Source: Eledone cirrhosa
Taxonomy: Eukaryota
DNA: 64,000 nucleotides
Reading direction: 5' to 3'
Assembly: GCA_964016885.1 (NCBI GenBank)
Contig: OZ024744.1
Span: forward strand, 17,236,001-17,300,000
Shown here: piece after piece, positions 1 through 16,100 of the stretch
How positions within the stretch are numbered: position 1 is the stretch's first letter
Layout: each line of letters begins with the position of its first letter
The notes under the pieces: generated by a model
What the model was told of the DNA's origin: nothing
The model's database searches: none
The model's input: the letters and a program-made list of their open reading frames with translations, nothing else
Program-made: the position numbers and the translations under genes

Positions 1-3000
1 ATCAGATATTGACGACAGGTTGATACTCATTAGTGACCTGTACACCATCAGACATTCACGGCAGGTTGATACTCATTGCTGACCTGTACACCATCTGACA
101 TTGATGACAGGTTGATACTCATTGCTGACCTGTACACCATCAGACATTGACGGCAGGTTGATACTCATTGCTGACCTGTACACCATCAGATACTGACGAC
201 AGATTTATACTCATTGCTGACCTGTACACCATCAGATATTGACGACAGGTTGATACTCATTGCTGACCTGTACACCATCAAACACTGACGGCAGGTTGAT
301 ACTCATAGTTGACCTGTACACCATCATGTATTGACGACAGGTTGATACTCATTAGTCACCTGTACCCCATCAGGTATTGACGGCAGGTTGATACTCATTG
401 CTGACCTGTACACCATCAGATATTGATGTCAGGTTGATACTCATTGCTGACCTGTACACCATCAGACATTGACGACAGGTTGATACTCATTGCTGTCCTA
501 TACACCATCAGATACTCACGACAGGTTGATACTCATTTCTGACCTGTACACCATAAGACATTGACGGCAGGTTGATACACATTGTTGGACTGTACACCAT
601 CAGATACTCACGACAGTTTGATACTCATTGCTGATCTGTACACCATCAGGTATTGACGGCAGGTTGATACACATTGTTGACCTGTACACCATCAGGTATT
701 GACGACAGGTTGATACACATTGTTGACCTGTACACCATCAGACATTGACGACAGGTTGATACTCATTGCTGACCTGTACACCATCAGACATTGACGGCAG
801 GTTGATACTCATTGCTGACCTGTACACCATCATATATTGCCGGCATGTTGATATTCATTGTTGACCTGTACACCATCAGACATTGACGACAGGTTGATAC
901 TCATTGCTGACCTGTACACCATCAGACATTGATGACAGTTTGATACTCATTGCTGACCTGTACACATTAAGACATTGACGGCAGGTTGATACTCATTGCT
1001 GGCCTGTACACCATCATATAATGACGAAAGGTTGATACTCATTTCTGACCTGTACACCATCAGACATTGATGACAGGTTGATACTCATTGCTGACCTGTA
1101 CACCATCAGGTATTGACGACAGGTTGATACTCATTGCTGACCTGTACACCATCAGGTACAGACGGCAGGTTGATACTCATTGCTGACCTGTACACCATCA
1201 GACATTGACGACAGGTTGATACTCATTGCTGACCTGTACACCATCAGGCATTGATTACAGGTTGATACTCATTGCTGACCTGTACACATTAAGACATTGA
1301 CGGCAGGTTGATACTCATTGCTGACCTGTACACCATCATATATTGCCGGCATGTTGATATTCATTGTTGACCTGTACACCATCAGACATTGACGACAGGT
1401 TGATACTCATTGCTGACCTGTACACCATCAGACATTGATGACAGTTTGATACTCATTGCTGACCTGTACACATTAAGACATTGACGGCAGGTTGATACTC
1501 ATTGCTGACCTGTACACCATCATATAATGACGAAAGGTTGATACTCATTTCTGACCTGTACACCATCAGACATTGACGGCAGTTGATACACATTGTTGAC
1601 CTGTACACCATCAGACATTGACGGCAGGTTGATACTCATTGCTGACCTGTACACCATCAGACATTGACGGCAGGTTGATACTCTTTGCTGACCTGTACAC
1701 CATCAGATACTGACGACAGGTTGATACTCATTGCTGACCTGTACACCATCAGATATTGACGACAGATTGATACTCATTGCTGACCTGTACACCATCATGT
1801 ATTGACGACAGGTTGATACTCATTAGTGACCTGTACACCATCATACATTAACGGAGTTTTGATACTCATTGCTGACCTGTACACCATAAGACATTGACGG
1901 CAGGTTAATACTCATTGCTGACATGTACACCATCAGACATTGACGACAGGTTGATACTAATTGCTGACCTGTACACCATCAGACATTGACGACAGGTTGA
2001 TACTCATTGCTGACCTGTACACCATCAGACATTGACGACAGGTTGATACTCATTGCTGACCTGCACACCATCGGGTATTGACGACAGGTTGATACTCATT
2101 GCTGACCTGTACACCATCAGGTACAGACGGCAAGTTGATACTCATTGCTGACCTGTACACCATCAGACATTGACGTCAAGGTTGATACTCATTGCTGACC
2201 TGTACACCATTAGGTATTGACGACAGGTTGATACTCATTGCTGACCTGTACACCATCAGGTACAGACGGCAGGTTGATACTCATTGCTGACCTGTACACC
2301 ATCAGACATTGACGACAGGTTGATACTCATTGCTGACCTGTACACCATCAGACATTGATGAAATGTTGATACTCATTGCTGACCTGTACACATTAAGACA
2401 TTGACGGCAGGTTGATACTCATTGCTGACCTGTACACCATAATATAATGACGAAAGGTTGATACTCATTTCTGACCTGTACACCATCAGACATTGACGGC
2501 AGTTGATACACATTGTTGACCTGTACACCATCAGACATTGACGGCAGGTTGATACTCATTGCTGACCTGTACACCATCAGACATTGACGGCAGGTTGATA
2601 CTCTTTGCTGACCTGTACACCATCAGATACTGACGATCGTTTGATAATCATTGCTGACCTGTACACCAACAGGTATTGACGACAGGTTGATACTCATTGC
2701 TGACTTGTACACCATCAGGTATTGACGGCAGGTTGATACACATTGTTGACCTGTACACCATCAGACATTGACGGCCGGTTGATACACATTGCTGACCTGT
2801 ACACCATCAGACATTGACGGCAGGTTGATACACATTGCTGACCTGTACACCATCAGGTATTGACGACAGGTTGTTACTCATTGTTGACCTGTACACCATC
2901 AGACATTGACGGCAGGTTGATACTCATTGCTAACCTGTACACCATCAGACATTGACGACAGGTTGATACTCATTGCTGACCTGTACACCATCAGATACTG

Positions 3001-3546
3001 ACGACAGGTTGATAATCATTGCTGACCTGTACACCATCAGACATTGACGGCAGGTTGATACTCATTGTTGACCTGTACAACATCAGATATTGACGACAGG
3101 TTGATACTCATTAGTGACCTGTACACCATCAGACATTCACGGCAGGTTGATACTCATTGCTGACCTGTACACCATCTGACATTGATGACAGGTTGATACT
3201 CATTGCTGACCTGTACACCATCAGACATTGACGGCAGGTTGATACTCATTGCTGACCTGTACACCATCAGATACTGACGACAGATTTATACTCATTGCTG
3301 ACCTGTACACCATCAGATATTGACGACAGGTTGATACTCATTGCTGACCTGTACACCATCAAACACTGACGGCAGGTTGATACTCATAGTTGACCTGTAC
3401 ACCATCATGTATTGACGACAGGTTGATACTCATTAGTCACCTGTACCCCATCAGGTATTGACGGCAGGTTGATACTCATTGCTGACCTGTACACCATCAG
3501 ATATTGATGTCAGGTTGATACTCATTGCTGACCTGTACACCATCAG
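1..3546. repeat. Block match at offset 3081 bp (67 monomers minus 1 bp): 1-465 and 3082-3546
   Basis: The same ordered variants (TTAGTGAC, ATTCACGG, AGATTTATAC, TTAGTCACCTGTACCCC, GATGTCAGG) occur in both places. The left copy probably extends beyond the window. Confidence 0.85.
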
Positions 3547-3817
3547 GCATTGACGACAGGTTGATACTCATTGCTGACTTGTACACCATCAGATACTGAC
3601 GACAGGTTGATACTCATTGCTGACCTGTACACACTCAGACATTGACGGCAGGTTGATACACATTTTTGGCCTGTACACCATCAGATACATACGACAGGTT
3701 GATACACATTGTTGACCTGTACACCATCAGACATTGACGACAGGTTGATACTCATTGCTGACCTGTACACCATCAGACATTGACGGCAGGTTGATACTCA
3801 TTGCTGACCTGTACACC

Positions 3818-6290
3818 ATCATATATTGCCGGCATGTTGATATTCATTGTTGACCTGTACACCATCAGACATTGACGACAGGTTGATACTCATTGCTGAC
3901 CTGTACACCATCAGACATTGATGACAGTTTGATACTCATTGCTGACCTGTACACCATCAGGTACAGACGGCAGGTTGATACTCATTGCTGACCTGTACAC
4001 CATCAGACATTGACGACAGGTTGATACTCATTGCTGACCTGTACACCATCAGACATTGATGACAGGTTGATACTCATTGCTGACCTGTACACATTAAGAC
4101 ATTGACGGCAGGTTGATACTCATTGCTGACCTGTACACCATCATATAATGACGAAAGGTTGATACTCATTTCTGACCTGTACACCATCAGACATTGACGG
4201 CAGTTGATACACATTGTTGACCTGTACACCATCAGACATTGACGGCAGGTTGATACTCATTGCTGACCTGTACACCATCAGACATTGACGGCAGGTTGAT
4301 ACTCTTTGCTGACCTGTACACCATCAGATACTGACGATCGTTTGATAATCATTGCTGACCTGTACACCAACAGGTATTGACGACAGGTTGATACTAATTG
4401 CTGACTTGTACACCATCAGGTATTGACGGCAGGTTGATACACATTGTTGACCTGTACACCATCAGACATTGACGGCAGGTTGATACACATTGCTGACCTG
4501 TACACCATCAGGTATTGACGACAGGTTGATACTCATTGCTGACCTGTACACCATCTGACATTGATGACAGGTTGATACTCATTGCTGACCTGTACACCAT
4601 CAGACATTGACGGCAGGTTGATACTCATTGCTGACCTGTACACCATCATATATTGACGGCAGGTTGATATTCATTGCTGACCTGTACACCATCAGACATT
4701 GACGACGGGTTGTTACTCATTGTTGACCTGTACACCATCAGACATTGACGGCAGGTTGATACTCATTGCTAATCTGTACACCATCAGACATTGACGACAG
4801 GTTGATACTCATTGCTGACCTGTACACCATCAGATGCTGACGACAGGTTGATAATCATTGCTGACCTGTACACCATCAGATATTGACGGCAGGTTGATAC
4901 TCATTGTTGTCCTGTACACCATCAGATATTGATGTCAGGTTGATTCTCATTGCTGACCTGTACACCATCAGACATTGACGACAGGTTGATACTCATTGCT
5001 GACTTGTACACCATCAGATACTGACGACAGGTTGATACTCATTTCTGACCTGTACACCATCAGACATTGACGGCAGGTTGATACACATTGTTAGCCTGTA
5101 CACCATCAGATACATACGATAGTTTGATACTCATTGCCGACCTGTACACCATCAGGTATTGACGGCAGGTTGATACACATTGTTGACCTGTACACCATCA
5201 GACATTGACGGCAGGTTGATACATATTGCTGACCTGTACACCATCAGGTATTGACGACAGGTTGATACTCATTGCTGACCTGTACACCATCAGACATTGA
5301 TGACAGGTTGATACTCATTGCTGACCTGTACACCATCATATAATGACGAAAGGTTGATACTCATTTCTGACCTGTACACCATCATATATTGCCGGCATGT
5401 TGATATTCATTGTTGACCTGTACACCATCAGACATTGACGACAGGTTGATACTCATTGCTGACCTGTACACCATCAGACATTGATGACAGTTTGATACTC
5501 ATTGCTGACCTGTACACCATCAGGTACAGACGGCAGGTTGATACTCATTGCTGACCTGTACACCATCAGACATTGACGACAGGTTGATACTCATTGCTGA
5601 CCTGTACACCATCAGACATTGATGACAGGTTGATACTCATTGCTGACCTGTACACATTAAGACATTGACGGCAGGTTGATACTCATTGCTGACCTGTACA
5701 CCATCATATAATGACGAAAGGTTGATACTCATTTCTGACCTGTACACCATCAGACATTGACGGCAGTTGATACACATTGTTGACCTGTACACCATCAGAC
5801 ATTGACGGCAGGTTGATACTCATTGCTGACCTGTACACCATCAGACATTGACGGCAGGTTGATACTCTTTGCTGACCTGTACACCATCAGATACTGACGA
5901 TCGTTTGATAATCATTGCTGACCTGTACACCAACAGGTATTGACGACAGGTTGATACTAATTGCTGACTTGTACACCATCAGGTATTGACGGCAGGTTGA
6001 TACACATTGTTGACCTGTACACCATCAGACATTGATGGCAGGTTGATACACATTGCTGACCTGTACACCATCAGGTATTGACGACAGGTTGATACTCATT
6101 GCTGACCTGTACACCATCTGACATTGATGACAGGTTGATACTCATTGCTGACCTGTACACCATCAGACATTGACGGCAGGTTGATACTCATTGCTGACCT
6201 GTACACCATCATATATTGACGGCAGGTTGATATTCATTGCTGACCTGTACACCATCAGACATTGACGACAGGTTGTTACTCATTGTTGAC
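3818..6290. repeat. Block duplication at offset 1563 bp (34 monomers minus 1 bp): about 3818-4730 and 5381-6290
   Basis: ATATATTGCCGGCATG monomer 3818/5381, GGCAGTTG deletion about 4202/5765, and GACGATCGTTTGATAATC about 4333/5896. Confidence 0.85.
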
Positions 6291-7182
6291 TTGTACACCA
6301 TCAGACATTGACGACAGGTTGATACTCATTGCTGACCTGTACACCATCAGGTATTTACGACAGGTTGATACTCATTGCTGACCTGTCCACCATCAGACAT
6401 TGACGGCAGGTTGATATTCATTGCTGACCTGTACACCATCAGACATTGACGACAGGTTGATGCTCAATGCTGACCTGTACCCCATCAGGTATTGACGACA
6501 GGTTGATACTCATTGCTGACCTGTACACCATCAGACATTGACGACAGGTTGATACTCATTGCTGACCTGTACACCATCTGACATTGATGACAGGTTGATA
6601 CTCATTGCTAACCTGTACACCATCAGACATTGACGACAGGTTGATACTCATTGCTGACCTATACACCATCAGATACTGACGACAGGTTGATTCTCATTGC
6701 TGACCTGTACACCATCAGACATTGACGACAGGTTGATACTCATTAGTGACCTGTACACCATCAGATACTGACGTCAGGTTTATACTCATTGCTGACCTGT
6801 ACACCATCAGACATTGACGACAGGTTGATACTCATTGCTGACCTGTACACCATCAAACATTGACGGCAGGTTGATACTCATAGTTGACCTGTACACCATC
6901 ATGTATTGACGACAGGTTGATACTCATTAGTGATCTGTACACCATCAGGTATTGACGGCATTTTGATACTCATTGCTGACCTGTACACCATCAGACATTG
7001 ACGAGAGGTTGATACTCATAGCTGACCTGTACACCATCAGATACTGACGACAGGTTGATACTCATTGCTGACCTGTACACCATCAGACATTGACGGCAGG
7101 TTGATACTCATTGCTGACCTGTACACCATCAGACATTGACAGCAGATTGATACTCATTGCTAACCTGTACACCATCAGTTAT

Positions 7183-10100
7183 TGACGACAGGTTGATACT
7201 CATTGCTGACCTGTACACCATCAGATATTGACGGAAGGTTGATACTCATTGCTAACCTGTACACCATCAGACATTCACGGCAGGTTGATACTCATTGCTG
7301 ACCTGTACACCATCAGACATTGACGGTAGGTTGATACTCATTGCTGACCTGTACACCATCAGGTATTTAAGACAGGTTGATACTCATTGCTGACCTGTAC
7401 ACCATCTGGTATTGACGACAGGTTGGTACTCATTGTTGACCTGTACACCATCAGATACTGACGACAAGTTGATACTCATTGCTTACCTGTACACCATCAG
7501 ATATTGACGACAGGTTGGTACTCATTGCTGACCTGTACACCATCAGATACTGACGACAGGTTGATACTCATTGCTGACCTAATAACCATCACACATTGAC
7601 GACAGGTTGATACTCATTGCTGACCTGTACACCATCAGGTATTGACGACAGGTTGATACTCATTGCTGACCTGTACACCATCAGACATTGACGGCAGGTT
7701 GATACTCATTGCTGACCTGTACACCATCAGGTATTGACGACAGGTTGATACTTATTGCTGACCTGTACACCATCAGAGATTAACGGCAGGTTGTTACACA
7801 TTGCTGACCTGTACACCATCAGGTATTGACGACAGGTTTATACTCATTGCTGACCTGTACACCATCAGGTATTGACGACAGGTTGATACTCATTGCTGAC
7901 CTATACACCATCAGACATTGACGGCAGGTTGATACTCATTGCTGACCTGTACACCATCAGGTATTGGCGACAGGTTGATACTCATTGCTGACCTGTACAC
8001 CATCAGAGATTGACGGCAGGTTGTTATACATTGCTGACCTGTACACCATCAGGTAATGACGACAGGTTTATACTCATTGCTGACCTGTACACCATCAGGT
8101 ATTGACGACAGGTTGATACTCATTGCTGACCTATACACCATCAGACATTGACGGCAGGTTGATACTCATTGCTGACCTGTACACCATCAGGTATTGATGA
8201 CAGGTTGATACTCATTGCTTACCTGTACACCATCAGGTACAAACGACAGGTTGATACACATTGCTGACCTGTACACCATCAGCCATTGACGGCAGGTTGA
8301 TACTTATTGCTGACCTGTACACCATCAGATATTGGCGGCAGGTTGATACTCATTGCTGACCAGTACACCATCAGATACTGACGACAGGTTGATACACATT
8401 GCTGACCTGTACACCATCAGGTATTGACGACAGGTAGGTACTCATTGTTGACCTGTACACCATCAGATACTGATGACAAGTTGATACTCATTGCTGACCT
8501 GTACACCATCAGATACTGACGACAGGTTGGTACTCATTGCTGACCTGTACACCATCAGATACTGACGACAGGTTGATACTCATTGCTAACTTGTACACCA
8601 TCAGACATTGACGACAGGTTGATACTCATTGCTGACCTGTACACCATCAGGTATTTACGACAGGTTGATACTCATTGCTGACCTGTCCACCATAAGACAT
8701 TGACGGCAGGTTGATATTCATTGCTGACCTGTATACCATCAGACATTGACGACAGGTTGATGCTCAATGCTGACCTGTACCCCATCAGGTATTGACGACA
8801 GGTTGATACTCATTGCTGACCTGTACACCATCAGACATTGACGACAGGTTGATACTCATTGCTGACCTGTACACCATCTGACATTGATGACAGGTTGATA
8901 CTCATTGCTGACCTGTACACCATCAGACATTGACGGCAGGTTGATACTCATTACTGACCTGTACACCATCAGATATTGATGTCAGGTTGATACTCATTGC
9001 TGACGTTACATAATCAGGTATTGACGGCAGGTTGATACTCATTGCTAACATGTACACCATCAGACATTGACCACAGGTTGGTACTCATTGCTCACCTGTA
9101 CACCATCAGATACTGACGACAGGTTGATACTCATTGCTGACCTGTACACCATCAGGTATTGACGGCAGGTTGATACTCACTGCTGACCTGTACACCATCA
9201 GACATTGACGGCAGATTGATACTCATTGCTGACCTGTACACCATCAGGTATTGACGACAGGTTGATACTCATTGATGACCTGTACACCATCAGATACTGA
9301 CGACAGGTTGATACACATTGCTGACCTGTACACAATCAGACATTGATGACAGGTTGATACTCATTGCTGACCTGTACACAATCAGATATTGACGCCAGGT
9401 TGCTACTCATTGCTGACCTGTACACCATCAGGTATTGACAGCAGGTTGATACTCATTGCTGACCTGTACACCATTAGACATTGTCGACAGGTTGTTACTC
9501 ATTGCTGACATGTACACCATCAGATACTGACGACAGGTTGATACTCATTTCTCGGCTGTACACCATCAGACATTGACGGCAGGTTGATACAGATTGTTGA
9601 CCTGTACACCATCAGATATTGATGGCAGGTTGATACTCATTGCTGACCTGTACACCATAAGACATTGACGACATGTTGATACTCATTGCTGACCTGTACA
9701 CCATCAGACATTGACGACAGGTTGATACTCATTGCTGACCTGAACACCATCAGGTATTTACGACAGGTTGATACTTATTGCTGACCTGTACACCATCTGG
9801 TATTGACGACAGGTTGGTACTCATTGTTGACCTGTACACCATCAGATACTGACGACAAGTTGATACTCATTGCTGACCTGTACACCATCAGACATTGACG
9901 ACAGGTTGATACTCATTGCTGACCTGTACACCATCAGGTATTTACGACAGGTTGATACTTATTGCTGACCTGTACACCATCTGGTATTGACGACAGGTTG
10001 GTTCTCATTGCTGACCTGTACACCATCAAATACTGACGACAGGTTGATACACATTGCTGACCTGATAACCATCACACATTGACGACAGGTTGATACTCAT

Positions 10101-13100
10101 TGCTGACCTGTACACCATCAGGCATTGACGACAGGTTGATACTCATTGCTGACCTGTACACCATCAGACATTGACGGCAGGTTGATACTCATTGCTGACC
10201 TGTACACCATCAGGTATTGACGACAGGTTTATACTCATTGCTGACCTGTACACCATCAGAGATTGACGGCAGGTTGTTACACATTGCTGACCTGTACACC
10301 ATCAGGTATTGACGACAGGTTTATACTCATTGCTGACCTGTACACCATCAGGTATTGACGACAGGTTGATACTCATTGCTGACCTGTACACCTTCAGGTA
10401 TTGACAGCAGGTTGATACTCATTGCTGACCTGTACACCATCAGCCATTGACGGCAGGTTGGTACTCATTGCTGACCTGTACACCATCAGATATTGACAGC
10501 AGGTTGATACTCATTGCTGACCTGTACACCATCAGATACTGACGACATGTTGATACTCATTGCTGACCTGTACACCATCAGGTATTGACGACAGGTAGGT
10601 ACTCATTGCTGACCTGTACACCATCAGGTATTGACGGCAGGTTGATACACTTTGTTGACCTGTACACCATCAGATACTGACGACAAGTTGATACTCATTG
10701 CTGACCTGTACACCATCAGATATTGACGACAGGTTGGTACTCATTGCTGACCTGTACACCATCAGATACTGACGACAGGTTGATACTCGTTGCTGACTTG
10801 TACACCATCAGACATTGACGACAGGTTGATACTCATTGCTGACCTGTACAACATCAGGTATTTACGACAGGTTGATACTCATTGCTGACCTGTCCACCAT
10901 CAGACATTGACGGCAGGTTGATATTCATTGCTGACCTGTATACCATCAGACATTGACGACAGGTTGATACTCATTGCTGACCTGTACACCATCAGGTATT
11001 GACGACAGGTTGATACTCATTGCTTACCTGTACACCATCAGGTACAGACGACAGGTTGATACTCATTGCTGACCTGTACACCATCAGACATTGACGGCAG
11101 GTTGATACTCATTGCTGTCCTGTACACCATCAGGTATTGACGACAGGTTGATACTCATTGCTGACCTGTATACCATCAGACATTGACGACAGGTTGATAC
11201 GCATTGCTGACCTGTACACCATCAGATACTGACGATCGTTTGATAATCATTGCTGACCTGTACAGCGTCAGGTATTGAAGACAAGTTGATACGCATTGCT
11301 GACCTGTACACCATCAGGTATTGACGACAGGTTGATATCATTGCTGACCTGTACACCATCAGACATTGACGACAGGTAGATACTCATTGCTGACCTGTAC
11401 ACCATCAGACATTGACGGCAGGTTGATACTCATTGCTGACCTGTATACCATCATATATTGACGGCAGATTGGTACTCATTGCTGACCTGTACACCATCAG
11501 ACATTTTCGACAGGTTGATACTCATTGTTGACCTGTACACCATCAGACATTGACGACAGGTTGATACTCATTGCTGACCTGTACACCATCAAAACATTGA
11601 CGACAGGTTGATACTCATTGCTAACCTGTACACCATCAGACATTGACGACAGGTTGATACTCATTGCTAACCTGTACACCATCACACATTGGCGACAGGT
11701 TGATACTCATTGCTGACCTGTACGCCATCCGACATTGACCCCAAGTTGATACCCATTGCTGACCTGTACACCATCAGACATTGACGACAGGTTGATACTC
11801 ATTGCTGACCTATACACCATCAGATACTGACGACAGGTTGATACTCATTGCTGAGCTGTACACCATCAGACATTGACGACAGGTTGATACTCATTGCTGA
11901 CCTGTACACCATCAAACATTGACGGCAGGTTGATACTCATAGTTGACCTGTACACCATCATGTATTGACGACAGGTTGATACTCATTAGTGACCTGTACA
12001 CCATCAGATACTGACGTCAGGTTTATACTCATTGCTGACCTGTACACCATCAGACATTGACGACAGGTTGATACTCATTGCTGACCTGTACACCATCAAA
12101 CATTGACGGCAGGTTGATACTCATAGTTGACCTGTACACCATCATGTATTGACGACAGGTTGATACTCATTAGTGACCTGTACACCATCAGGTATTGACG
12201 GCATTTTGATACTCATTGCTGACCTGTACACCATCAGACATTGACGACAGGTTGATACTCATAGCTGACCTGTACACCATCAGATACTGACGACAGGTTG
12301 ATACTCATTGCTGAGCTGTACACCATCAGACATTGACGACAGGTTGATACTCATTGCTGACCTGTACACCATCAAACATTGACGGCAGGTTGATACTCAT
12401 AGTTGACCTGTACACCATCATGTATTGACGACAGGTTGATACTCATTGCTGACCAGTACACCATCAGACATTGACGGCAGGTTGATACTCATTGCTAACC
12501 TGTACACCATCAGTTATTGACGACAGGTTGATACTCATTGCAGACCTGTACACCATCAGATATTGATGGAAGGTTGATACTCATTGCTAACCTGTACACC
12601 ATCAGACATTCACGGCAGGTTGATACTCATTGCTGACCTGTACATCATCAGACATTGACGGTAGGTTGATACTCATCGCTGACCTGTACACCATCAGGTA
12701 TTTAAGACAGGTTGATACTCATTGCTGACCTGTACACCATCTGGTATTGACGACAGGTTGGTACTCATTGTTGACCTGTACACCATCAGATAGTGACGAC
12801 AAGTTGATACTCATTGCTTACCTGTACACCATCAGATATTGACGACAGGTTGGTACTCATTGCTGACCTGTACACCATCAGATACTGACGACAGGTTGAT
12901 ACTCATTGCTGACCTGATAACAATCACACATTGACGACAGGTTGATACTTATTGCTGACCTGTACACCATCAGAGATTAACGGCAGGTTGTTACACATTG
13001 CTGACCTGTACACTATAAGGTATTGACGACAGGTTTATACTCATTGCTGACCTGTACAACATCAGGTATTGACGACAGGTTGATACTCATTGCTGACCTA

Positions 13101-16100
13101 TACACCATCAGACATTGATGACAGGTTGATACTCATTGCTTACCTGTACACCATCAGGTACAAACGACAGGTTGATACATATTGCTGACCTGTACACCAT
13201 CAGCCATTGACGTAAGGTTGATACTCATTGCTGACCTGTACACCATCAGGTATTGACGACAGGTTTATACTCATTGCTGACCTGTACACCATCATACACT
13301 GACGACAGGTTGATACTTATTGCTGACCTGTACACCATCAGATATTGACGGCAGGTTGATACTCATTGCTGACCTGTACACCATCAGATATTGGCGGCAG
13401 GTTGATACTCATTGCTGACCAGTACACCATCAGATACTGACGACAGGTTGATACTCATTGCTGACCTGTACACCATAAGGTATTGACGACAGGTAGGTAC
13501 TCATTGTTGACCTGTACACCATCAGATACTGACGACAAGTTGATACTCATTGCTGACCTGTACACCATCAGACACTGACGACAGGTTGATACTCATTGCT
13601 GACCTGTCCACCATCAGACATTGACGGCAGGTTGATACACATTGCTGACCTGTACACCATCAGACATTGACGACAGGTTGATACTCATTGCTGACCTGTA
13701 CACCATCAGACAATGACGACAGGTTGATACTCATTGCTGACCTGTACACCATCAGATATTGACGGAAGGTTGATACTCATTGCTAACCTGTACACCATCA
13801 GACATTCACGGCAGGTTGATACTCATTGCTGACCTGTACACCATCAGACATTGACGGTAGGTTGATACTCATTGCTGACCTGTACACCATCAGGTATTTA
13901 AGACAGGTTGATACTCATTGCTGACCTGTACACCATCTGGTATTGACGACAGGTTGGTACTCATTGTTGACCTGTACACCATCAGATACTGACGACAAGT
14001 TGATACTCATTGCTTACCTGTACACCATCAGATATTGACGACAGGTTGGTACTCATTGCTGACCTGTACACCATCAGATACTGACGACAGGTTGATACTC
14101 ATTGCTGACCTAATAACCATCACACATTGACGACAGGTTGATACTCATTGCTGACCTGTACACCATCAGGTATTGACGACAGGTTGATACTCATTGCTGA
14201 CCTGTACACCATCAGACATTGACGGCAGGTTGATACTCATTGCTGACCTGTACACCATCAGGTATTGACGACAGGTTGATACTTATTGCTGACCTGTACA
14301 CCATCAGAGATTAACGGCAGGTTGTTACACATTGCTGACCTGTACACCATCAGGTATTGACGACAGGTTTATACTCATTGCTGACCTGTACACCATCAGG
14401 TATTGACGACAGGTTGATACTCATTGCTGACCTATACACCATCAGACATTGACGGCAGGTTGATACTCATTGCTGACCTGTACACCATCAGGTATTGGCG
14501 ACAGGTTGATACTCATTGCTGACCTGTACACCATCAGAGATTGACGGCAGGTTGTTATACATTGCTGACCTGTACACCATCAGGTAATGACGACAGGTTT
14601 ATACTCATTGCTGACCTGTACACCATCAGGTATTGACGACAGGTTGATACTCATTGCTGACCTATACACCATCAGACATTGACGGCAGGTTGATACTCAT
14701 TGCTGACCTGTACACCATCAGGTATTGATGACAGGTTGATACTCATTGCTTACCTGTACACCATCAGGTACAAACGACAGGTTGATACACATTGCTGACC
14801 TGTACACCATCAGCCATTGACGGCAGGTTGATACTTATTGCTGACCTGTACACCATCAGATATTGGCGGCAGGTTGATACTCATTGCTGACCAGTACACC
14901 ATCAGATACTGACGACAGGTTGATACACATTGCTGACCTGTACACCATCAGGTATTGACGACAGGTAGGTACTCATTGTTGACCTGTACACCATCAGATA
15001 CTGATGACAAGTTGATACTCATTGCTGACCTGTACACCATCAGATACTGACGACAGGTTGGTACTCATTGCTGACCTGTACACCATCAGATACTGACGAC
15101 AGGTTGATACTCATTGCTAACTTGTACACCATCAGACATTGACGACAGGTTGATACTCATTGCTGACCTGTACACCATCAGGTATTTACGACAGGTTGAT
15201 ACTCATTGCTGACCTGTCCACCATAAGACATTGACGGCAGGTTGATATTCATTGCTGACCTGTATACCATCAGACATTGACGACAGGTTGATGCTCAATG
15301 CTGACCTGTACCCCATCAGGTATTGACGACAGGTTGATACTCATTGCTGACCTGTACACCATCAGACATTGACGACAGGTTGATACTCATTGCTGACCTG
15401 TACACCATCTGACATTGATGACAGGTTGATACTCATTGCTGACCTGTACACCATCAGACATTGACGGCAGGTTGATACTCATTACTGACCTGTACACCAT
15501 CAGATATTGATGTCAGGTTGATACTCATTGCTGACGTTACATAATCAGGTATTGACGGCAGGTTGATACTCATTGCTAACATGTACACCATCAGACATTG
15601 ACCACAGGTTGGTACTCATTGCTCACCTGTACACCATCAGATACTGACGACAGGTTGATACTCATTGCTGACCTGTACACCATCAGGTATTGACGGCAGG
15701 TTGATACTCACTGCTGACCTGTACACCATCAGACATTGACGGCAGATTGATACTCATTGCTGACCTGTACACCATCAGGTATTGACGACAGGTTGATACT
15801 CATTGATGACCTGTACACCATCAGATACTGACGACAGGTTGATACACATTGCTGACCTGTACACAATCAGACATTGATGACAGGTTGATACTCATTGCTG
15901 ACCTGTACACAATCAGATATTGACGCCAGGTTGCTACTCATTGCTGACCTGTACACCATCAGGTATTGACAGCAGGTTGATACTCATTGCTGACCTGTAC
16001 ACCATTAGACATTGTCGACAGGTTGTTACTCATTGCTGACATGTACACCATCAGATACTGACGACAGGTTGATACTCATTTCTCGGCTGTACACCATCAG

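Noticed and set aside
1-46. Promoter or transcription-factor motifs (TTGACG/TTGATA -35-like, TGACG CRE half-site, TGACCT nuclear-receptor half-site)
   Set aside because: There is no properly spaced -10 box, no canonical response-element spacing and no adjacent gene. Matches of 5-6 bp are expected by chance.
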